DNA of 64,000 nucleotides from Patescibacteria group bacterium (GTDB taxonomy: Bacteria > Patescibacteriota > WWE3 > UBA101185 > UBA10185): contig JBMORU010000001.1 of the NCBI GenBank assembly GCA_049322215.1, positions 755 to 64,754 on the forward strand, in the 5' to 3' direction. Both the position numbers and the translations under genes were made by a program. How positions within the stretch are numbered: position 1 is the first letter of the stretch; every line of letters starts with the position of its first letter. The notes beneath the pieces are model-generated. The model was given only the letters and a program-made list of their open reading frames with translations. It made no database searches and was not told where the DNA came from. Shown one piece after another: positions 57,828-64,000 of the stretch.

Positions 57828-58898
57828 TTAATCGTCCGTGCTAACAGTTGCATCAATGTGAGTAGGATCCAACGTAATGCCGCGCTCTTCGCAATAGGTT
57901 ACAGCGAATTCAGGATCCAAGTTGGCCGGAATACCTTTGTCTTCAATGCGTTCGCAATATTCCACCCGAAGCTGTTCAGCCCACAACATCTCAGCTTGTT
58001 CATAGAAGGCTTGTGTGCTGGGGCGACATACAGGAATTTTGGTTCCTTGATCGTTGATATCACCCCACGGTCCAATCGTGAACTTGGCAGCGGTCTGTCC
58101 AGGGCTGTTGTGAAAACCCAGTTTGATATCGATGCCGGGCAAAAGTTCAACACTACCACAGTTGGTTTGCATTGGCTCACCCGGATACTGAACGTTAATC
58201 CAGCTACCAGCGACTGCCCATGCAGACAAACCATCATTTGAAGGTAAGCCCATACCTTGCGGATCACCCTCAAAGTATAGTTGCTGCAAATAGGTAGAAT
58301 GTGTCACCTCTTGCTCCAAATCGCCATTGAAGTAGTCAAAACGACCATAGTGCAGTGTAACCGTGTAAGAGGCGCCACCACTCACTTCAAACTGGTAACA
58401 GTCCGTGAACAATACACCGGGTGCCGCATCAGGAGCATTACCCTCAACTACATGCGGGGTACCCCACTGACAGACAACATTTTCGGTGCTTTCCCAAATT
58501 TCGGGTTCTTCAAACGTGGCATCCATACCGGCAACCAAACCAGGTACAGCACGACCATATTGAAGAGCAGCATCGAATTCTTCTTGCCTAAAGGTACCTT
58601 CCACAGGGACTTCAACTTCGACCTCTACCGGAACTTCAACGATCCGCGTGGCTTCAACTTCAACCTCAATGCGTTCTACAATGGTTGTAGCAGTCGCAGC
58701 AGGCATAGCTTCGGCCTCGGCGGTTTCAGCTTCCGGACGGTTGTTCAAAGCGTTCTGAACAGATTCCCCATCAATCGTCGCAATGGCCGTAGGCTCACCG
58801 AGATCCAGGGGGACTTCAGTGTTTTCCTCGCCACAAGCAACAACAAACAGAGCGAAAACCAATACCAATACAAGTAAGATCCAATTCTTTTTAGACAT
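57828..58898 (-). CDS. Lipoprotein (lipobox FVVAC), GC-rich, acidic
   Basis: MSKKNWILLVLVLVFALFVVACGEEN. A repetitive VEVEVPVEVEVEV segment. GC is about 50%. Confidence 0.55.
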   Translation of the reverse strand: MSKKNWILLVLVLVFALFVVACGEENTEVPLDLGEPTAIATIDGESVQNALNNRPEAETAEAEAMPAATATTIVERIEVEVEATRIVEVPVEVEVEVPVEGTFRQEEFDAALQYGRAVPGLVAGMDATFEEPEIWESTENVVCQWGTPHVVEGNAPDAAPGVLFTDCYQFEVSGGASYTVTLHYGRFDYFNGDLEQEVTHSTYLQQLYFEGDPQGMGLPSNDGLSAWAVAGSWINVQYPGEPMQTNCGSVELLPGIDIKLGFHNSPGQTAAKFTIGPWGDINDQGTKIPVCRPSTQAFYEQAEMLWAEQLRVEYCERIEDKGIPANLDPEFAVTYCEERGITLDPTHIDATVSTDD

Positions 58899-59202
58899 GT
58901 CTATTCTCCTTATTAAGATTTTGTGGATCTGGCTTACAAAAAAGCAAAAATTTGACTATTTTGTGCCTTGAAAAGGTACTAAATTTAATACCCTTACAAG
59001 GCTCAAAATATTTAGTTCATAATGAATTCTGCATATATTATACCCTATAGTTAGAGTTGCGACAATAACATTTAAGTTAAATACAGAGTGTAAGGTGAGT
59101 GTATGGGGATTTCAATTTTGATTTGTGATCAATTTTGAATTTACACACTCACTAAACTAATTACAAGTTGCGTTTCGTTGTAATTAGGGCTCCCACTAAA
59201 AC

Positions 59203-59739
59203 CTATTCGTAAATGCTTACAAACTTATAGGTTTCTTCGCAATCGCCGCCGGGGTCATAGGTGAAAGTCGAGCCATACTGCGCATCGGCTGGAATTTCGA
59301 AGGTAACAAGACCACAGGCTTGGTTGGGCACTGTAGCTTGATCTCCGGGTTTCCATCCATGAACAGCAGCGGTATCTTCTTTGGCTGCGACGTCTGGGGC
59401 TGGGTAAGCGGTTTCGGTCGGTTCTTCGTTTGCGCCCAGGTCAAGGTCAACAGAAGATTCGTCGTTGCCAATGGCGGTAACGAATTCTTGCTGCATAACC
59501 CAGTTGTATGCCCTTTGGCCATAAAGCAAACTGACCGCACCGCAGATACACAGAACTAGGATCAAGGGAATGATCCACAACAAGCGACGTGAGTTTCCAT
59601 TCGAACCGGAAGCAGCAACTTGATTGAAATCATGGCCGCAATTGGGGCAAGTAGCTTCGGTGTCCTGTACCATGTTGTGGCAGTCAGGGCACTCTTTCTC
59701 GTTAAGGTTGGGAAGATTTACATTTGGTACTTGATTCAT
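59203..59739 (-). CDS. Zinc-ribbon / single-TM / extracytoplasmic-domain membrane protein
   Basis: N-terminal CPDCHN...CPNCGHDF zinc ribbon, then the TM helix LLWIIPLILVLCICGAVSLLY, then a 110-aa C-domain. It lies 40 nt downstream of the tubulin-like gene on the same strand. Confidence 0.55.
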   Translation of the reverse strand: MNQVPNVNLPNLNEKECPDCHNMVQDTEATCPNCGHDFNQVAASGSNGNSRRLLWIIPLILVLCICGAVSLLYGQRAYNWVMQQEFVTAIGNDESSVDLDLGANEEPTETAYPAPDVAAKEDTAAVHGWKPGDQATVPNQACGLVTFEIPADAQYGSTFTYDPGGDCEETYKFVSIYE

Positions 59740-59778
59740 CGTTATTCTCCTTATCTAATAGTTTTTTTGACATTGTTC

Positions 59779-61422
59779 CTACTTCAAAAGAGTCGTTCGG
59801 CGGGCACGAGCCTTACGCAACGCTTGCTTTTTTTCGAGTTGACGCATTTCATCATAGGTTAAGGCGTTGAAACCAGGCTCTTCAATGGGATATCCCGCAG
59901 GTCCTGTAATTACATTGCCTTCCTCATCCCTCAGCAAACTCATATGCTCGTAAATTAAAGTGGACGGACCAAAGGGACGCTCATCACTATGGTGAGGAAC
60001 ACCGTCAGGAACAGTGGTCGGGACAAAGGCACGGCGTGCATTTATGAAAGCCACACCGTTTTGGACGGCATGCAATCTCTCCATTCGCACAGCATCAAGC
60101 AGCTCAGGGCCTTCTTCAGGAAGAAGATAGGGGCCACTTGCACGACTCTGCAAACGCAAATTCTGTACAATACCATCAATTTCGCGCAAAATTCCAGCAA
60201 CCAAGCCCGGAATGTGCGTCCAATTGGTAACACCTCCCTCATCAATTGGTTTATCCAAACCCTGTTCGTTGTAAATACGACGTAGTTGGGTTTCGGCATA
60301 ACCACTTGCAAAGAAGGCTTTCATGCGTGCTAGATCGCCAACTGTGCGCGCCTGAGAAGCAGAAACTTTCAACGAAGCCACGAAGCCAGAGGACTTACGG
60401 AATCCGTTTTTCTGTAGTTCCCAAACATCATCATATAGAGCCCAATCAAAGGAATCCCCATTGTTGATGATGGCAGAAGCAATACGCTTGATGTCCAGAA
60501 CAGTAAGCTCATCAGAAATGAGCATTACGTTGGGGGCCATCCGGTCTGCAACCCTATTGTTAAGATGCGCCATAATGTCCGGCAGCATCATCAACAGAGC
60601 CATAATACCGTAGGTACCCAAACGACTGGAAACAAAAATCGAATCTTCTTCGGTTTCCCACATGTGGCGAGAGCGATCCCAGGCATCTTGCGCTTTAGGA
60701 TTTAACACACCGTCGTGACGACGAATCATGTTATCGTAAGCACGCCATCCCAAAAACACTTTTGGAATGCCGGCAAATCCATTAAGGCCACGCTCTTTTG
60801 CGATACTTTCTGCAATGGCCAAGGCAAGTTTGTAAATACCTGCTCCTGTGCCACCCGCAGTGCCGATAAAGGCTACGGGAAGAATGTTCTTCACAATGCC
60901 CGAGCCTACCATAGCATCGGCAAACTCAAACATATAGTCTTCCAGGGCATCCTGCGTGAGATACATGATGTACTTACCTACAAGAGGCAGCGCACCAGCA
61001 CCCCAACGAACCGATCTGTTGCCAAACTCAGGATGTTGCACCAACTCTGCAAATTCAGCTCGCTCTTGTTCGTTGTCAAACGCTTCAAGAGGCACGCCGT
61101 GTTGAGCAACAGCTTCTTGCAAGGTCAGGTCCATATGCTCACCAAGGCGAACGATACCCCAATTTTGAGCTTGGGGGTTAGTTTTTTGGTCTTCAAAATC
61201 CCCAGCCTTGAAGTGGGTGTCAACTTTGATGACTTTGATAAGCGTTCGAAGATCAGGGTATTTTTGGAACAGACGCACAAATTCGTGGCCTAAACCGCCA
61301 ACACCGCCCAATAAGAATACAACGATAAGATCAACGTCTTTGATCTCCTCATGGGCGAAGAAATCCTTCAGAATAGGATCTTTACCCAGACGAGAGCGAA
61401 CATATTCCATGATTTTAGACAT
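59779..61422 (-). CDS. Divergent tubulin/FtsZ-superfamily GTPase (TubZ/FtsZ-like, not canonical FtsZ), 547 aa
   Basis: T1-like Gly loop LIVVFLLGGVGGLG. IGTAGGTGAGI matches the tubulin/FtsZ signature [SAG]GGTG[SA]G. An acidic ISDELTVLD segment sits at the expected T7 spacing. The long C-terminal extension ends in a basic tail (RKARARRTTLLK). Confidence 0.5.
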   Translation of the reverse strand: MSKIMEYVRSRLGKDPILKDFFAHEEIKDVDLIVVFLLGGVGGLGHEFVRLFQKYPDLRTLIKVIKVDTHFKAGDFEDQKTNPQAQNWGIVRLGEHMDLTLQEAVAQHGVPLEAFDNEQERAEFAELVQHPEFGNRSVRWGAGALPLVGKYIMYLTQDALEDYMFEFADAMVGSGIVKNILPVAFIGTAGGTGAGIYKLALAIAESIAKERGLNGFAGIPKVFLGWRAYDNMIRRHDGVLNPKAQDAWDRSRHMWETEEDSIFVSSRLGTYGIMALLMMLPDIMAHLNNRVADRMAPNVMLISDELTVLDIKRIASAIINNGDSFDWALYDDVWELQKNGFRKSSGFVASLKVSASQARTVGDLARMKAFFASGYAETQLRRIYNEQGLDKPIDEGGVTNWTHIPGLVAGILREIDGIVQNLRLQSRASGPYLLPEEGPELLDAVRMERLHAVQNGVAFINARRAFVPTTVPDGVPHHSDERPFGPSTLIYEHMSLLRDEEGNVITGPAGYPIEEPGFNALTYDEMRQLEKKQALRKARARRTTLLK

Positions 61423-61869
61423 TTGTAAAAACCTCCGTGTTTTTGTTTTTTTGTTTTCTAGAAAAAGTTGTGATCACAACCCAGATAACCCATAAAAGGG
61501 GTTCAACACATAAAGTGCACTTCATGTATTGCTGAGTAACCAAAGTATCTAAACTAAAGCAAAAAAAAGGGAAGTAGAATTGTCATACAAATCCCCTAAC
61601 TTCCTTAATTTTTTTTATATTACGCATTAAATTACGACTTCTATCAGGTACTCTAGTTGCTCAGCAACACACAAAAACTAATCCGGGAAAAATTAAACAC
61701 AAAGATTTTAAGTTTTGATCAATAAATTGATCATCCCCATACACATTGCCTACGAAAATTTAAAATTTTCATAAGCACCTTACACTCTGCATTTTATAAA
61801 ATTTTCAAAGTTCTTTGTGATAACAAAAAATTGACCGTAACAAACAAGTCAGGTCAATGTGTGACAAAG

Positions 61870-61895
61870 ACAAAAAACGACCCACAAGAGGGTCA
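61870..61895 (-). terminator. Orphan minus-strand intrinsic terminator in an ORF-free region
   Basis: On the minus strand: GACCC-tcttgt-GGGTC + GTTTTTTG. It is preceded about 30-60 nt upstream on the minus strand by a TTGACA-17 nt-TACACT promoter-like pair (61937-61965). Confidence 0.4.
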
Positions 61896-62243
61896 GTAGT
61901 CTTCCCTTCTCGCATAAGTTTTTGTCTTGCGACAGTGTACCAAGAAACCCCATTAATGTCAACCTATAGCATCTGAGTTTTGAGCAGCCAGCTAAATAAG
62001 CAAAGACGCGTCCTACAGCATAACGAATTAATGGCGTTTAAAGCAATAATGCATATGATATTATTTTCTTTTTGTTGCTTATTTTACGAGAAATTTTCAG
62101 CAATACACCAACATGCATAGCTTGTTAAAATTTTTAAAGTTAGCTAATCTGTATTTGTTAAGCCTGCTTCTCCTGTCCAGAAGCAAATTGGCCTTAATTC
62201 TAAAAAACGTCTTCTGCGGTTGTCGCATATACGTCGCTCCCTC

Positions 62244-62272
62244 GCGGGGGGCGTTTTTTTTCATTTACCAAT
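62244..62272 (+). terminator. Plus-strand intrinsic terminator with no annotated plus-strand gene upstream
   Basis: CGCTCCC-tcgcg-GGGGGCG (one mismatch) followed by T8. Confidence 0.5.
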
Positions 62273-63253
62273 TTATTCAAGCATAGTGGCAAAAATCATT
62301 TTACCTGCAGAAGTTTGTATTACTTTATCTACCTTTGCGTTAACTTCTTCCCCCACTGAAAACTTCGCACCTTCTATAACTACCATGGTTCCATCGCTCA
62401 TATAACCCACACCTTGCTTTTTTTCTTTTCCTTCTTGCACAACTTTAAGCTCAAGCTCCTCTCCGGGAATCACAGGAGTTTTAACTGCATTAGCTAAATC
62501 GTTTATGTTTAAGGTTTTAACACCTCCAGCTTCTGCTACCTTGTTTAAATTAAAGTCCAAGGTCATAAGTAAAGCTTTATATCTTTTGCTAAATATAACT
62601 AACCCCTTATCTACACCCTCTTTAAAGGTTCTTTCAGATTTCACAGCTTTATATATTTCAATTTTGGTTTCTTTTTTTAGGGCGTTTAATATATCTAAGC
62701 CGCGACGCCCTTTTTGACGCTTTAACTTGTCATCATTATCAGAAATTAGATGCAACTCATCTATAACTGCTTGCGGAACTATTAGTAAATTATTTAAAAA
62801 CCCAGTTTTGACTATATCGAGTATGCGCCCGTCAATTAAAACAGATGTATCAAGCACGATACCACCTGTATATAAGTCTTTAGTCTTTCTTTCCTGAACT
62901 TTTTTTTGCTTTTTTGCACGTGTCCTACGTGCATCTGACATACGTTTACTTTGTTGATCCCAAAAATCATAAACAATATTAGTAACAGTCTTAGTTATTG
63001 AACTTTCAAGCCAATTTCTAGCATGAGTAAACAGTATGGGTACGGTATGAAACCCAAATATAGCAGCAGAAAAAGATATTAATGTTTCTGCCAAAAAAGG
63101 TATACCAAATAAGGGTGTTTCCTGAAAAAATGCTGTATTTGAAAAGTTAAAGCCTGCAATAAAAAATAAGGCGCCTAATGTTATGCGCCCTAATGCAGGA
63201 GCTATTTTTGCTAAATAAGGAGATATCTCCTTCTTCTGATTCTTGTTAGCCAT
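62273..63253 (-). CDS. yacL: PIN and TRAM domain membrane protein (YacL family)
   Basis: N-terminal TM helices. PIN domain GIVLDTSVLIDGRILDIVKTGFL..VPQAVIDEL. C-terminal TRAM-like EELELKVVQEGKEKKQGVGYMSDGTMVVIEGAKFSVGEEVNAKV. Adjacent to radA as in Firmicutes. Confidence 0.7.
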   Translation of the reverse strand: MANKNQKKEISPYLAKIAPALGRITLGALFFIAGFNFSNTAFFQETPLFGIPFLAETLISFSAAIFGFHTVPILFTHARNWLESSITKTVTNIVYDFWDQQSKRMSDARRTRAKKQKKVQERKTKDLYTGGIVLDTSVLIDGRILDIVKTGFLNNLLIVPQAVIDELHLISDNDDKLKRQKGRRGLDILNALKKETKIEIYKAVKSERTFKEGVDKGLVIFSKRYKALLMTLDFNLNKVAEAGGVKTLNINDLANAVKTPVIPGEELELKVVQEGKEKKQGVGYMSDGTMVVIEGAKFSVGEEVNAKVDKVIQTSAGKMIFATMLE

Positions 63254-63284
63254 AAAAGCCTTTATGCATGGTACTTAGTTTAGA

Positions 63285-64000
63285 TCAAAGAATTTGATCA
63301 AGAGCCTTCTTTAAAGTTTTGACACTCTTTGGGCTAATTATATCACCGTATCCTAACTTTTTTGCTTCTTTAATTCGCTTCTCTTCATGTGGAATTTGCC
63401 TTATTTCGCCTGATAAACCACATTCACCAAATGCAGCAATTGTTGCTTTAATAGGTTTATCTTTTATAGCTGACGCTATAGCTAAACAAACGGCTAAATC
63501 TCCGGCATACTCCTCTACTTTGAAACCCCCTGCAACATTTATATAAACATCATGGTTAGATAAATTTATCCCAGCTCGTTTTTCTAAAATAGCAATTAAA
63601 AGCTGTAAACGGTTTACATTGAACCCATTTGCAGTTCGTTTTGGGTATCCAAACGATGATCGCGCGGTTAAGGCCTGTATTTCAAATATTATAGGGCGTT
63701 GTCCCTCCATTAAAACCGTTAAACATGATCCAGATGTTGTACTCAAACGCTGACTTAAAAACATTTTGGAAGGGTTTTTTACTTCTTCCATACCTTGTTG
63801 AGTCATTTCAAAAACTCCAACTTCTGAAATAGGCCCAAATCTATTTTTTGTGGTTTTCAATATTCTGTACATATGCTGATTGTCACCTTCAAGATATAAC
63901 ACAGTATCTACTAGATGCTCTAAAACTTTAGGGCCTGCTACAGCACCTTCTTTTGTCACATGTCCAACTAATATTGTTGGTATAGAAGACTTTTTTGCCG
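63285..64000 (-). CDS. radA: DNA repair protein RadA/Sms, C-terminal part. The gene continues beyond the window end. The ORF-track start is a GTG inside the gene.
   Basis: The frame is open to nt 64000 and reads ..LVGHVTKEGAVAGPKVLEHLVDTVLYLEGD...RILKTTKNRFGPISEVGVFEM, which is the RadA RecA-like domain end (KNRFG) and Lon-like C-domain. Confidence 0.8.
   Translation of the reverse strand, partial: AKKSSIPTILVGHVTKEGAVAGPKVLEHLVDTVLYLEGDNQHMYRILKTTKNRFGPISEVGVFEMTQQGMEEVKNPSKMFLSQRLSTTSGSCLTVLMEGQRPIIFEIQALTARSSFGYPKRTANGFNVNRLQLLIAILEKRAGINLSNHDVYINVAGGFKVEEYAGDLAVCLAIASAIKDKPIKATIAAFGECGLSGEIRQIPHEEKRIKEAKKLGYGDIISPKSVKTLKKALDQIL

Noticed and set aside
61981-62040. Weak resemblance of TGAGCAGCCAGC...AAGACGCGTCC to the SRP RNA domain IV (GGAAGCAGCCA...GACGCGUG)
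   Set aside because: No GNRA-capped helix 8 and no complementary 5' strand could be built by eye. The similarity is likely chance. It would need an Infernal SRP model to revisit.

Overview
This is a gene-dense, low-GC (about 35-40%) bacterial chromosomal segment using the standard genetic code, and all three tRNA genes encode their CCA ends. Gene content points to a small-genome monoderm-like lineage, possibly Patescibacteria/CPR-like. That placement is inference from two sortases plus LPXTG-type substrates, giant LamG-repeat surface proteins, a GH57/GT5 glycogen module and a split ComEC. Gene order is as follows. Two tandem giant secreted Concanavalin-A/LamG-repeat proteins come first; the first is 5'-truncated by the window edge and the second carries a DUF2341 N-domain. 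A LytR_C protein follows, then rplJ-rplL with a leader attenuator. Next is a glycogen module of glgA-like GT5, GH57, GH57 and a second GT5. After that come an HTH_17 protein flanked by two roughly 0.8 kb ORF-free AT-rich regions, a GT1 gene, mreB, a PEGA-domain protein and a zinc-ribbon miniprotein. Sortase 1, tRNA-Arg(CCU) and tRNA-Ser(UGA) follow. Then come a long adenylate-kinase-like gene next to ndk, a metallophosphoesterase and argS. A competence cluster follows with comEC split into an MBL gene and a membrane gene, comEA, arsR, comM and dprA. Next are a MerR-like membrane regulator and an O-antigen-ligase/TPR protein. A small island of tiny or unknown genes sits next to tRNA-Ala(GGC) with a duplicated tRNA 5' half. 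Then come obg, a LysM-M23 peptidase, rho, a sortase 2 locus with LPDTG and VPDTG substrates, a GC-rich secreted protein, and a glycosylation cluster (GT1, GT2, DUF218, polytopic membrane protein). A GC-rich block follows with a lipoprotein, a Zn-ribbon membrane protein and a divergent tubulin/FtsZ-superfamily GTPase. The window ends with yacL (PIN-TRAM) and radA (truncated at the window end). The most notable items are the tubulin/FtsZ-like GTPase module on a GC-rich island, the tandem giant DUF2341/LamG paralogs, the sortase-substrate locus with a structured intercistronic RNA, the tRNA-Ala-associated islet, several GC-rich (about 50%) genes interspersed in the low-GC backbone, and three long ORF-free regions with orphan promoter or terminator signals that suggest unannotated small RNAs.
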